Positions 17,839-26,405 of a stretch of DNA of 37,168 bases are shown piece by piece. Below the pieces are notes generated by a model. It was not told the DNA's origin, ran no database searches, and saw only the letters and a program-made list of their open reading frames with translations. Within the stretch, counting starts at the first letter, position 1; each line of letters starts with the position of its first letter. The DNA lies in the IMG/VR virus record IMGVR_UViG_3300032253_000015, positions 1 to 37,168 of that record. One strand, written 5' to 3'. Made by a program: the position numbers and the translations under genes. The stretch is from a virus. Its lineage: Duplodnaviria; Caudoviricetes.

Positions 17839-18327
17839 ATGGCTGACAAAGACACATTCGATTTCTCGCAGTTCATGAAAGACCTCGGGAACGTTGACGA
17901 CGCGACACGCAACGACCTGCTGCGCGACGACCTCACCGACCAGATGCGCACCGTCATGGCGGATCTCGGTCCTCGCCTTTGGTCTGTGATACAGAGCGAG
18001 ATGGCGAAAGAGCCCGACAACAACATCCACCAGAACGCGGTCATGAATGCGTCGCTTTTCGCAATCCTATCCTGGATCGTGGCGTGCTCCCCTGAAGGCC
18101 CTGAAGTCGACGCAATCCTGCGCGACAAAGTCATGGGCAACCTCGAACGCGCGATTGCCACGGGACGCGACAACGGGGCCGAGATGGCTCGTTTCGCGCT
18201 CAACATCGGGCGCTTGCAACTCATGGAAGACGCGTGTTCAGGACTCGGAACTGTCCTGACACAGAACAGCATGATCATCCGCGGGATCCACTCGCACATC
18301 GAAAAGGACCGCAAAGGCGGTTCCTGA
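17839..18327 (+). CDS. Hypothetical protein
   Basis: AAGGAAG RBS before ATG 17839. Preceded by hairpin GGTCCTGTCG/CGATAGGACC (17791-17816). Confidence 0.7.
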   Translation: MADKDTFDFSQFMKDLGNVDDATRNDLLRDDLTDQMRTVMADLGPRLWSVIQSEMAKEPDNNIHQNAVMNASLFAILSWIVACSPEGPEVDAILRDKVMGNLERAIATGRDNGAEMARFALNIGRLQLMEDACSGLGTVLTQNSMIIRGIHSHIEKDRKGGS

Positions 18328-18328
18328 T

Positions 18329-18359
18329 TAAGGCGCGCCGCTCCTGGAAGCGCGCTTTA
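18329..18359 (+). terminator. Putative intrinsic terminator/hairpin
   Basis: TAAGGCGCGC...GCGCGCTTTA immediately after a stop codon. Confidence 0.4.
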
Positions 18360-18416
18360 CGTCCCACCGCCAACCCCGCATGTTCGCGGAACACAACTGC
18401 ACAATGGAGAACAACA

Positions 18417-19118
18417 ATGACCGACATCTCATCCCGGAACTACCAGTATCCTGGCGACAAAGCTCGTTCGGAACACCGCGTCAAATTCTCGGGCGACTGG
18501 CTCGCAGAGAACGACCTGGACCTGAAAACCCAGAAGCACTTCTTCGTCCCGCTCGGTCGCGACGGTGACGACTATACCGGGCGCATCGTCAACGAGAAGG
18601 CGGTCGCGTCGAAGTCAGGAGAACACCGTTTCTGGGCAGGCGGCGACGAGCACCTCCCCGCGTTCAACATCACGTCCCAAGGTCGCATCGAGATTTGCCA
18701 CGGGAGGATCGAACTGCCTTTCGGCGACTACGATGCGGTGATGCTCGACGACGGTCTGGTGCATCTTCAAGACGTCGTTGTCGATCCCGTCACATTCCCG
18801 GTCACTGTCCGCGCACTCGGGAACGGCCTCAACTTCATCCTGACGCCTGACATGCGCGACGTGTGCGGGCTTTCTGAAGGCGAGCAGGTGTACTTGCGCC
18901 GCGAATATTCGGGCACCAATCTGACGCTCACTCGCGGGTGCGAACGTGGCGATGGTCGCGCAACGAAGATGGTCACCGAGACGAAGATCGTCGTCTCCTA
19001 CATCGACGCGAAGTGGATGCCGCCCGAGCAATTCAGCTACCAGTCACTCTTGCAGATCGTGCCTGGTCCCAACTTCCAAATCACCTTTGACCTGTCGAAC
19101 CGCAACAAGGAGCACTGA
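18417..19118 (+). CDS. Hypothetical protein with possible AbrB/MazE-like segment
   Basis: VRALGNGLNFILTPDMRDVCGLSEGEQV resembles the swapped-hairpin pattern GNS..I.IP......L..GD.V. GGAGA RBS. Confidence 0.5.
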   Translation: MTDISSRNYQYPGDKARSEHRVKFSGDWLAENDLDLKTQKHFFVPLGRDGDDYTGRIVNEKAVASKSGEHRFWAGGDEHLPAFNITSQGRIEICHGRIELPFGDYDAVMLDDGLVHLQDVVVDPVTFPVTVRALGNGLNFILTPDMRDVCGLSEGEQVYLRREYSGTNLTLTRGCERGDGRATKMVTETKIVVSYIDAKWMPPEQFSYQSLLQIVPGPNFQITFDLSNRNKEH

Positions 19119-19119
19119 G

Positions 19120-19521
19120 ATGCCCACCGTTGACATTGGCCGGATCAAAGCCGGTTTCCGAATCTCTATCAAGGGCGACCACCAAGTCTCCTTTGGCATC
19201 ACCCCTCAACAGATCGCCGCAGGCAACCTGCCCAAGATCGGTTTCATCGACTACGACGCAGCGACGCGCAAACTTGCCTTCGCTGTGGGCACCTCGGGCG
19301 TTGACGGGCCAACCGTCAGAAACTCGTCCGGTCGCATCGAGCACGGCAACGATATGCGGGTGACGTATCCCGCGAAAGGATCGTTCCGGTTCACGGATGC
19401 ACTCGTGTCCATGGCCTCCTACGAAGCCACCTGGTTCGCTGACAACGTGTGGACGGTGATCCTGCCCGAAGGGCTCGTCCTCGAGCAGGAAGACAACCTG
19501 TTCGCTTTGCAGGGGATCTGA
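19120..19521 (+). CDS. Hypothetical protein
   Basis: AAGGAG RBS before ATG 19120. Confidence 0.7.
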   Translation: MPTVDIGRIKAGFRISIKGDHQVSFGITPQQIAAGNLPKIGFIDYDAATRKLAFAVGTSGVDGPTVRNSSGRIEHGNDMRVTYPAKGSFRFTDALVSMASYEATWFADNVWTVILPEGLVLEQEDNLFALQGI

Positions 19522-19522
19522 C

Positions 19523-19621
19523 GTGAACGAGTTCGTCTGGTTCGTCTGCGTCGGGTTCAGTCTCGCAGTCGGTTGGCAGCTCGGAACGCTGCTGATCTTC
19601 GGGGACGACGAGGAGGGCTGA
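19523..19621 (+). CDS. Small membrane protein (32 aa)
   Basis: GTG start. MNEFVWFVCVGFSLAVGWQLGTLLIFGDDEEG, one hydrophobic helix. Below the ORF-track cutoff. Confidence 0.5.
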   Translation: MNEFVWFVCVGFSLAVGWQLGTLLIFGDDEEG

Positions 19622-19632
19622 TGCGATACGTG

Positions 19633-19661
19633 TTGACACTCGGGCATAACTCGCTTATACG
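19633..19661 (+). promoter_or_regulatory. Sigma70-like promoter with ATAA-N5-TTAT dyad
   Basis: TTGACA (19633)-N17-TATACG (19656). ATAActcgcTTAT at 19646-19658. UUCG hairpin at 19664-19689, RBS at 19697. Confidence 0.75.
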
Positions 19662-19710
19662 TCGTTGCAAGGCGTTCGCGCCTCGCAACAACTGATCAAC
19701 GGAGACTACC

Positions 19711-21351
19711 ATGACCTTCAAACCATCCCCCGCCCAGCAAGCCTTCTACGATTGGGTTGCACAGGACAAAGGTAACGCTATCTTGAACGCTGTCGCGGGC
19801 GCAGGCAAAACCACGACGATCCTCAACGGTATCGCAATGATGCGCGGCAAGGTGTGGTTCGGCGTCTACAACAAAAAGATGGCTGACGAGATCAAGGAAA
19901 AGCTGAACGAACGCGACGACCTTCGCGCCCGTGCCGCATTCTCGAACAAAACCGACCGCGTCGAGTCATCGACGTTCCACTCGCTCGGCTTCTCGATTGT
20001 GCGCGGCATGACCTATCCCAACAAACCCGAAATTGACGACAAAAAGGTGGAACGCCTTGTCGACCGCGTGATCGCTGAGAAGGAGGCTGTCGCGCAACAG
20101 GAACGCCCTGAACTGCGCGAATTGAAACCGACCGTGATGCGCATGGTGTCGATGGCCAAAAACCGCGGCTTCGTTGCTGCGCAATTCGTGCGCGACGGTC
20201 TGACCGATTGGGACGACGTGGACGCGTGGTTCGACATGACCGAACACTTCGACCTCGGTGAAACGCTCGACGACGACCAGGTGGGCACCGCGATCAACTT
20301 CGCGCGTTCGATCCTGCGCAAATCGACCTCGGCAATCGAAACCATCGACATGGACGACATGGTATACTTGCCCCTTGCTCGTCGTGTGAACCTCAAGCCT
20401 TGGCACAAATTCAATTGGGTCCTCGTTGACGAGGCGCAGGACACCAACCCGTCGCGCCGCGCACTCGGTCGTCTCGTGATGGCTGGCGGCGCACGTTTCG
20501 TTGCAGTCGGTGACCCTCACCAGGCGATCTACGGCTTCACAGGCGCCGACAACGACTCCTTGGAGCAGATCAAACGCGCCTTTGACGCAATCGAACTGCC
20601 CCTGACCGTGACATACCGTTGCCCGAAGGCAATCGTCGATCACGCGCAGCAGTGGGTCTCACACATCACCGCGCACGAGTCGGCCCCTGAGGGCGAGCTG
20701 CGGACGCAACCTTACGTCGAGTTCACCGACACGATGACCGCAATCCCGCGCAGCGACTACAGCGAGACCGCGATCCTGTGTCGGTACAACAAGTACCTGG
20801 TCGGCCTGTGCTTCAAAATGATCCGCATGGGTATGCCCGCGAAGATCGAAGGCCGCGCAATTGGCGAGGGGCTGATCAAATTGGCCACCCGCTGGAAGAC
20901 GGCGAAAACCATCAACGGCCTCGAAACCAAGCTGCGCGAATACGAGGAGCGCGAAGTCAACAAAGCCCTGAAAAAGGAACAGGAGCAAAAAGCCGACCGC
21001 ATTCAGGACGAGGTGGCAACAGTCATGACGGTCATCGAACGCGTCCGCGCGAACGGCCTCGACCGCGTCACCGACGTTGTTGACGCAATCGAAGAGATCT
21101 TTGACGACAACGTGGCGGGCAAAGGCATGATCACGCTTTGCTCCTGTCACAAGTCGAAAGGCATGGAATGGGATACGGTCTACCTGCTTGACCGTGAGGC
21201 CCTGATGCCGTCTAAGATGGCTCGCCAGGATTGGCAGGTCGATCAGGAGAACAACCTGATCTACGTGTCCGTCACCCGCGCGAAGAAAACCTTGATCGAA
21301 GTCACCGGCGTCGTCGAAGAGAAAGACCCGACGCAGAAGGAGGACGCATGA
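19711..21351 (+). CDS. UvrD/Rep-like superfamily 1 helicase
   Basis: AVAGAGKTT, TFHS, VDEAQD, VGDPHQAIYGF, TYRCP, HKSKGMEW, YVSVTRAK. Confidence 0.93.
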   Translation: MTFKPSPAQQAFYDWVAQDKGNAILNAVAGAGKTTTILNGIAMMRGKVWFGVYNKKMADEIKEKLNERDDLRARAAFSNKTDRVESSTFHSLGFSIVRGMTYPNKPEIDDKKVERLVDRVIAEKEAVAQQERPELRELKPTVMRMVSMAKNRGFVAAQFVRDGLTDWDDVDAWFDMTEHFDLGETLDDDQVGTAINFARSILRKSTSAIETIDMDDMVYLPLARRVNLKPWHKFNWVLVDEAQDTNPSRRALGRLVMAGGARFVAVGDPHQAIYGFTGADNDSLEQIKRAFDAIELPLTVTYRCPKAIVDHAQQWVSHITAHESAPEGELRTQPYVEFTDTMTAIPRSDYSETAILCRYNKYLVGLCFKMIRMGMPAKIEGRAIGEGLIKLATRWKTAKTINGLETKLREYEEREVNKALKKEQEQKADRIQDEVATVMTVIERVRANGLDRVTDVVDAIEEIFDDNVAGKGMITLCSCHKSKGMEWDTVYLLDREALMPSKMARQDWQVDQENNLIYVSVTRAKKTLIEVTGVVEEKDPTQKEDA

Positions 21352-21527
21352 TCACGAGCGAAGTCACAGGTCGCGGATTCGTCGCCTACTTCCGTGCGAA
21401 GTGGGCGGCGGAGGCTGACGGTTTCAGGATCGGTCAGCTCGACATTAAAGCGGACGGCGAGGAAGTCGTCTACACATCAACAGCAACGAAGGAACCAGAT
21501 CAATGTTCAACGGCATCAGAAACCTAA
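21348..21527 (+). CDS. Hypothetical protein
   Basis: ATGA overlap and AGGAGG RBS. Confidence 0.55.
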   Translation: MITSEVTGRGFVAYFRAKWAAEADGFRIGQLDIKADGEEVVYTSTATKEPDQCSTASET

Positions 21528-21883
21528 CCGAACGCGACCGCCTCGCGGCCCGCGTCGTCGAACTCGAGAAGATCGTCGAGTCGCAACGGCAGGAGCTTTC
21601 GTCGCGCCTGCTCAATCAGACGTCGTTCCACCAGGTCAAGACTCCTTTCAATCTCGACTCGCATGTCCGCGACCATGTCGTGCAACGCGTCGTCGATGAA
21701 CTGTCGCCCATGTTCGAGCCGCACATCCTGCGCTCGTTGAAGGAGGTGGCTGCGTCGATTAAGCGCGAGGATAGCTACCGGATGCCTTCGTACCACGCCG
21801 CAGCTGCTGACATGCGCGATCTGCAAGTCGAGGTTGCGCTACCTGCGTTGACCACGTCGTTTCGCGTCGTGGGAGCGTTCTGA
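21503..21883 (+). CDS. Hypothetical protein
   Basis: AAGGA RBS, coiled-coil-like N terminus. Confidence 0.65.
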   Translation: MFNGIRNLTERDRLAARVVELEKIVESQRQELSSRLLNQTSFHQVKTPFNLDSHVRDHVVQRVVDELSPMFEPHILRSLKEVAASIKREDSYRMPSYHAAAADMRDLQVEVALPALTTSFRVVGAF

Positions 21884-22107
21884 TGGGACAGGTCGTGGAT
21901 TTCTCGCAGGTGCGCCCGCGCGGAGAGCGCCTGTCTAACGCGCGAGACGCGTTCCCGCCCATCATCGCGCAAGAAACAATCGACACCGAAGAGGCTGCGC
22001 AGCAGCGTCGATCTCTCTGGTCATTCCTGGGCGTGAGCATCAAGTGGTGCTTGATCACGCTCGGTTTACTCGCCCTTCTGGGCCTCATTATGGGACCGAC
22101 ACCATGA
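21883..22107 (+). CDS. Small membrane protein
   Basis: C-terminal hydrophobic stretch WCLITLGLLALLGLIM. TGATG overlap. Confidence 0.65.
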   Translation: MGQVVDFSQVRPRGERLSNARDAFPPIIAQETIDTEEAAQQRRSLWSFLGVSIKWCLITLGLLALLGLIMGPTP

Positions 22108-22265
22108 CTTCCTGGCATGATCCAATGGCTGGCTACCGCAAGCTGCAAGCTGAAAAAGCCAAGAAAGAGAAGGAGGACGCGTTCAAGCGCTTCGTCCGCG
22201 AAGGAGTGATCTTCTGGTCACTCACATTCCTAGGCCTCGGCGCGTTCGCGCTGTGGGTCGTTTAA
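22104..22265 (+). CDS. Small membrane protein
   Basis: ATGA overlap. C-terminal VIFWSLTFLGLGAFALWVV. Confidence 0.6.
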   Translation: MTSWHDPMAGYRKLQAEKAKKEKEDAFKRFVREGVIFWSLTFLGLGAFALWVV

Positions 22266-22268
22266 ACG
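22259..22268. repeat. Dispersed palindrome CGTTTAAACG copy 5
   Basis: Supplies the TAA stop of the gene ending at 22265. Confidence 0.95.
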
Positions 22269-22289
22269 CCATAACAAAGGAGACCCGAT

Positions 22290-22988
22290 ATGGCCCGAGC
22301 ACAACGTCTCACCGTCGCGATCAAAGAAAAGCTGACCTCGCAACTCATTGCCCACGCGTTCACCGCGCGTTCGCAGAAACTCGTCGAAGCGGAATGCGCA
22401 CTCGCGCAGGAAATCTACGACGACTATATGGACAGTCGCAAGATCAAAGTCGACGGTGGATCAGGCGGCAAGTATTCCTTGCGGAAAGTCGTCGCATCGC
22501 TGCCCGCAGGCTGGCCTGGGATGTCCGACAACTTCAAGGTCGAGCTGGCCGGTCAGATGACCAAATTCGACCGCTACGACGGGATGGCCGAAGGCTACCG
22601 TGCGAACCAGAGCGAACTCGTGGGCGTCAAAGAAGTCCCGACACGCGAGCAGCAGAAGTGGCCGTTCCAGCCGGGTTTCTCGGGTCACTACGCCGTCAAC
22701 ACCTATGACGCGTCGCATGACTTCTCCGAGCGGGCTTCTGTGTTGCAGGGTCAGCGCAAAGACCTGAAAGACGAGATCGCTTCCATGCGTGCATCGACGC
22801 GCGGGACACTCGACACGGCCTCGACGATCCAGAAACTGATTGTCATCTGGCCTGAGGTCGAAGCGTTCGCAGCCCCGTTCCTGCAACAGGAAACAGCTGC
22901 CGCGGCGATCCTGCCTGTCGTCGCACGCGAACGCCTCAACGACGCGCTGGGCCTGCCGCCTCACGCGCGGGAGCTGGAAACAGCATGA
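22290..22988 (+). CDS. Nmad5-like protein (nucleotide modification associated domain 5)
   Basis: N-terminal RLT..IKEKL and C-terminal ASTIQKLIVIWPEVEAFA...ILP resemble the Nmad5 pattern. AAGGAGA RBS. Confidence 0.6.
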   Translation: MARAQRLTVAIKEKLTSQLIAHAFTARSQKLVEAECALAQEIYDDYMDSRKIKVDGGSGGKYSLRKVVASLPAGWPGMSDNFKVELAGQMTKFDRYDGMAEGYRANQSELVGVKEVPTREQQKWPFQPGFSGHYAVNTYDASHDFSERASVLQGQRKDLKDEIASMRASTRGTLDTASTIQKLIVIWPEVEAFAAPFLQQETAAAAILPVVARERLNDALGLPPHARELETA

Positions 22989-23566
22989 CCCGTCGCGCAA
23001 TCTCGCTGGACATCGAAACACTGTCCACCCACAAGAACGCGGTGGTCGCCTCAATTGGCGCCTGCCGTGTCACGAAGGACGGTTTGGTCGAGCACACCGA
23101 CTCGGATTTCTACGTGCGCCTTGATGCGCAGGAACAGATCGACGCGGGTCGCCATGTGTCGATGGACACACTCAGGTTCTGGATGGCTCAGGAGCAATCG
23201 ACGCGTGCCGACACGTTCCAAGGTCCTGCTTTATCGGTGATGAAAGCCATCAAAGAGCTGCGCCGCTGGATCGACCGCGAAGACGACGGTGACATCTGGA
23301 CGAAAGGTCCTACCTTCGACGACGCGATCCTGGAATCCTTGGCTGAGCAATTCTATTGTCGTCCCGCATGGCACTTCCGTCGTCACCGTGACATCCGCAC
23401 GCTGGACACCATTATCGAATGGGTGGGCGACGACGCAACGCGCAATGGGTGGTATGCCGCGCAGGAGATGTTCTCCGCAGGCAACGACGCCGTCAACAAC
23501 GCCCTCGAAGATGCGAAGGCGCAAGGCCGTCTGCTCGCGTGGTTCATGGAGGAGTGCACCAAATGA
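22985..23566 (+). CDS. 3'-5' exonuclease, DUF5051/exonuclease VIII-like DEDD family
   Basis: SLDIETLS, SIGA, WTKGPTFDDAILE, RDIRTL, NNALEDA. Confidence 0.8.
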   Translation: MTRRAISLDIETLSTHKNAVVASIGACRVTKDGLVEHTDSDFYVRLDAQEQIDAGRHVSMDTLRFWMAQEQSTRADTFQGPALSVMKAIKELRRWIDREDDGDIWTKGPTFDDAILESLAEQFYCRPAWHFRRHRDIRTLDTIIEWVGDDATRNGWYAAQEMFSAGNDAVNNALEDAKAQGRLLAWFMEECTK

Positions 23567-23835
23567 GCGACACTCTCGAACACGCATCGGAAATGCTTGG
23601 TGACATGTCCGGCGAGGAATGGGTGGCGCAAGTCACCTTAGGCGGTCTGTCACAGATCTCGAAACCCGGGTGGGAGATCACCCGGATGACCGAGACGCAT
23701 TACCAGGCGATTGCGATCTCGTCGCTTTACCGCTTCGTGGGCATCGGCAAAACACCTTCGACCGCACTTGCAGAAGCCTATGGGCACATGCGAGAATTCT
23801 CGAAGGAACTCAAACGGCACATGGAGGCAACATGA
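23563..23835 (+). CDS. Hypothetical protein
   Basis: GGAGGAG RBS, ATGA overlaps at both ends. Confidence 0.65.
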   Translation: MSDTLEHASEMLGDMSGEEWVAQVTLGGLSQISKPGWEITRMTETHYQAIAISSLYRFVGIGKTPSTALAEAYGHMREFSKELKRHMEAT

Positions 23836-24272
23836 GCGAAACAAACGCAACGCGCACGCTGCGCACTCACCTCGTTTCGTTGGGCGGTCACGCCCAGCGG
23901 TTCGAAGACAAAATGTCTCCCGGCATCCCGGACACAGGTTTCGGGTTGCACGGCGTCTATGCTTTCTTGGAAGGCAAATTCATCAAAGACCTGCCCGCAC
24001 GCGAGAAGACCCTCGTTCGCTTTGGGTCGAAGGACGAACCGCGCCTCGCGCATCAACGGAACTGGCTCACAGCACACGACAAGGCCGGTGGTCTTGCGTA
24101 TTGGTGGGTTCGCGTTCGCGACGGCGGTTGGTACCTGTTCACAGACCGGTACAGCTGGCTGGTGACAGGCATACCGAAGGACGTGCTCTTGCAACAAGAG
24201 AACCTGGGATCAGCCAAAGCCATGGCTGCCCGTTTAAACGACCTGATGCTCGATCACGCGGCGAAGATGTGA
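23832..24272 (+). CDS. PD-(D/E)xK nuclease, Holliday-junction resolvase/VRR-NUC-like
   Basis: RFEDKMSPGIPD...FLEGK...HQRNWL. Confidence 0.7.
   Translation: MSETNATRTLRTHLVSLGGHAQRFEDKMSPGIPDTGFGLHGVYAFLEGKFIKDLPAREKTLVRFGSKDEPRLAHQRNWLTAHDKAGGLAYWWVRVRDGGWYLFTDRYSWLVTGIPKDVLLQQENLGSAKAMAARLNDLMLDHAAKM
24231..24240. repeat. Dispersed palindrome CGTTTAAACG copy 6
   Basis: Inside the resolvase gene, read as R-L(TTA)-N. Confidence 0.95.
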
Positions 24273-24499
24273 AACAGGAGCGAGTCAACGAATGGCTCCT
24301 GAAGCACATGAGGCCCGGTGAGGAGCAAAACTGCGGCACCTTGTCGGCCCTTTGTGGCTGCACGCGGGCGCAGATCATCGACGCCGCGGATGACTTGTGC
24401 GATCACGACTTCCACCTTCATGTCGCGGACGGACTCAACGGTCAAGCGTTCGAACGCCCCAAGAAAGCGTGGACCTTGTTCCGCGATCACGACGCCTAA
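24269..24499 (+). CDS. Hypothetical protein, possible helix-turn-helix
   Basis: GTGA overlap. Segment CGTLSALCGCTRAQIIDAA. Confidence 0.5.
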   Translation: MKQERVNEWLLKHMRPGEEQNCGTLSALCGCTRAQIIDAADDLCDHDFHLHVADGLNGQAFERPKKAWTLFRDHDA

Positions 24500-24545
24500 T
24501 AAATGGCTTATAGCGCGCCCCTTGGTGTGCTATAAGCGAGTTGTC
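24499..24545 (+). promoter_or_regulatory. Promoter with two ATAA-N5-TT(A/G)T dyads
   Basis: ATAAatggcTTAT at 24499-24511 and TATAAgcgagTTGT at 24531-24544. TTATAG-N17-TATAAG. RBS at 24549. Confidence 0.65.
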
Positions 24546-24564
24546 AAACAACGGAGAAACTGCC

Positions 24565-24795
24565 ATGAGCATCCCACGAATTGAGGTCACCAAGACGGTA
24601 ACAGAGCGCGGTACCTTCAAGGCGCCCGTCCGCGATTGCATCTGCAACTGGGACTCCTTGGTCGCGCAATTCAACATCCCCGAAGACGCGGTGATGCAGA
24701 TCGAGATCCCAGGCGGTGGCGACTGTTCTGGCATGAGTATTGACGCGTCAGAACTCGACGTCGTTGTGACATGGGAGCGGACGACCGATGAATGA
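24565..24795 (+). CDS. Hypothetical protein
   Basis: CAACGGAGA RBS before ATG 24565. Confidence 0.7.
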   Translation: MSIPRIEVTKTVTERGTFKAPVRDCICNWDSLVAQFNIPEDAVMQIEIPGGGDCSGMSIDASELDVVVTWERTTDE

Positions 24796-25144
24796 TCTCA
24801 GACGCTGGATACGACTACCAGGCAAGGACGAGAAACCTGGTCAAGGCACATGGCAGGAGGTGCGAGGTGACGCGATGGTCAGCGACTTCACGCGTTGCCG
24901 TCACGACGGTAGCCTGCCCGTCGCATGGGAAGTCCCAGAAGACGCGATTGTCAAGGACGAGCGTGGGAAGGAACCCAACTTCGTCATGAGCGGCGGTCTG
25001 ATGGTGCACCAGTTTCATCGCGTCGCAATCCCGATCCCAACTGGCAACCCAGCTGCCATTCAAGCCGCCCACTCGCAGCTCAAGAACCTTCTTGACACTG
25101 TGCTCGTTATCGAAGGAGAGTTCGAGCATGTTTCCGAAACCTAA
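24788..25144 (+). CDS. Hypothetical protein
   Basis: Overlapping operon gene. Confidence 0.65.
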   Translation: MNDLRRWIRLPGKDEKPGQGTWQEVRGDAMVSDFTRCRHDGSLPVAWEVPEDAIVKDERGKEPNFVMSGGLMVHQFHRVAIPIPTGNPAAIQAAHSQLKNLLDTVLVIEGEFEHVSET

Positions 25145-25394
25145 AAAGTCGTGGATCAGCGACGAAACCTGGAAGCGTCAACCGTTCCTGAGCAAGCTCA
25201 GCATCTGGTGGGCATACCTCGCGCCCGAATGGCTGACCAAGACAGTCGTCGCCTTCGTGTTCGCGTCCATCGTCGGCGTGATCGGCGCGCTCATCTGCGC
25301 CTTCCTGATGTTGGACTGGGCCTACATGTGGACCTGGTGGACGCGTATGTGGTGGGCGATCTGGTTCGTCGTGTTCTGGGCGATTCTGTCATGA
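25128..25394 (+). CDS. Trp-rich membrane protein
   Basis: AAGGAGAG RBS, two hydrophobic segments. Confidence 0.65.
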   Translation: MFPKPKKSWISDETWKRQPFLSKLSIWWAYLAPEWLTKTVVAFVFASIVGVIGALICAFLMLDWAYMWTWWTRMWWAIWFVVFWAILS

Positions 25395-25846
25395 CCGCCG
25401 AATGGGGAAACAGGCTTGCCCGAACGCCTTATCTCGTGATCCCGCGCCTTGCGTTGCAGGCCATGCCACAGGATTGGCAGGATCGAATGGAACAGCTGCT
25501 GCAGGAGGCCGACGACGCGGGCATGGAAACGCCTACCTACAACGTCTTCCGCGACCTGAACTACTGCGACGATCCTTTTGCCTTTGGCGTCAAGAACGTC
25601 TCGGACAAACCCGGCAACGCGCACTACGTTTTTGGTGGCCGAAAAGGCATTGGTGACGACCCGTGGTCGAACTATCGCTATGGGAACGTGGACGAGCTGT
25701 GCCCGACATTCGCGCAGCGCAAGATCGACGCGCGGTCATTGGCCGAACGCACCGAGGACGCCTACTCGGCTGACCTGTTCGCGGCCTTCATCGACGACCC
25801 ACGCAACAATTGCACAGAGGAGCAGGTGAATAGCCTGATCTGCTAA
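25391..25846 (+). CDS. Hypothetical phage protein
   Basis: ATGA overlap. Segment YLVIPRLALQAMPQDWQDRM. Confidence 0.65.
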   Translation: MTAEWGNRLARTPYLVIPRLALQAMPQDWQDRMEQLLQEADDAGMETPTYNVFRDLNYCDDPFAFGVKNVSDKPGNAHYVFGGRKGIGDDPWSNYRYGNVDELCPTFAQRKIDARSLAERTEDAYSADLFAAFIDDPRNNCTEEQVNSLIC

Positions 25847-26025
25847 TGGATATGCTTTGCCTCACTTGGTACGCGTTCGAAGCGTTCTTGCTGCTGATCG
25901 GTCCCGACGCGATCCTGCCCACCGAAGGCGGTCTCATGCTCGGCATTCAGGAACCGGCGTTCTGGTTCTGGAGCAACGAGACGGAGCTGTGGTGTTCCCC
26001 TGACGTCCCGAGGCTGTCGCGATGA
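25846..26025 (+). CDS. Small hypothetical protein (59 aa)
   Basis: TAATG and ATGA overlaps exactly fill the gap. Begins MDMLCLTWYAFEAFLLLIG. Confidence 0.55.
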   Translation: MDMLCLTWYAFEAFLLLIGPDAILPTEGGLMLGIQEPAFWFWSNETELWCSPDVPRLSR

Positions 26026-26405
26026 CTGGCTTCCGGATCAAACGATGGAACGTGGATGTGAACGGTCACGCGACGGTTCACTACTTCGCGGGAACACAAT
26101 CGAAGGCGCGGATGAAAGGCTTCTGGGCGTACTCGTCCGCCTACAACTGCACGTTTAAACGGTTCCTGCAGATCTCACGCGTGACGCGCAATCGTGATCC
26201 CCTGCCCGCGCACTTCGGGGACCCGATCACGGTCGCCGGCGAACCTGCTTTCTACGTTGGGTATGCCGACGGAAATTCGATACATTTTGCAAGACCAGGG
26301 AGCGACGACGTGTCGTTGACGCATGAGCTTGACGCGGTGCTGCCTTGGGAAACAACGGAGACAACAGATGCTAATTTTCCAGAACGACGGTGTCTTGCCC
26401 ATTGA
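26022..26405 (+). CDS. Hypothetical protein
   Basis: ATGA overlap. Confidence 0.6.
   Translation: MTGFRIKRWNVDVNGHATVHYFAGTQSKARMKGFWAYSSAYNCTFKRFLQISRVTRNRDPLPAHFGDPITVAGEPAFYVGYADGNSIHFARPGSDDVSLTHELDAVLPWETTETTDANFPERRCLAH
26152..26161. repeat. Dispersed palindrome CGTTTAAACG copy 7
   Basis: In a CDS, read as T-F-K-R. Confidence 0.95.
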
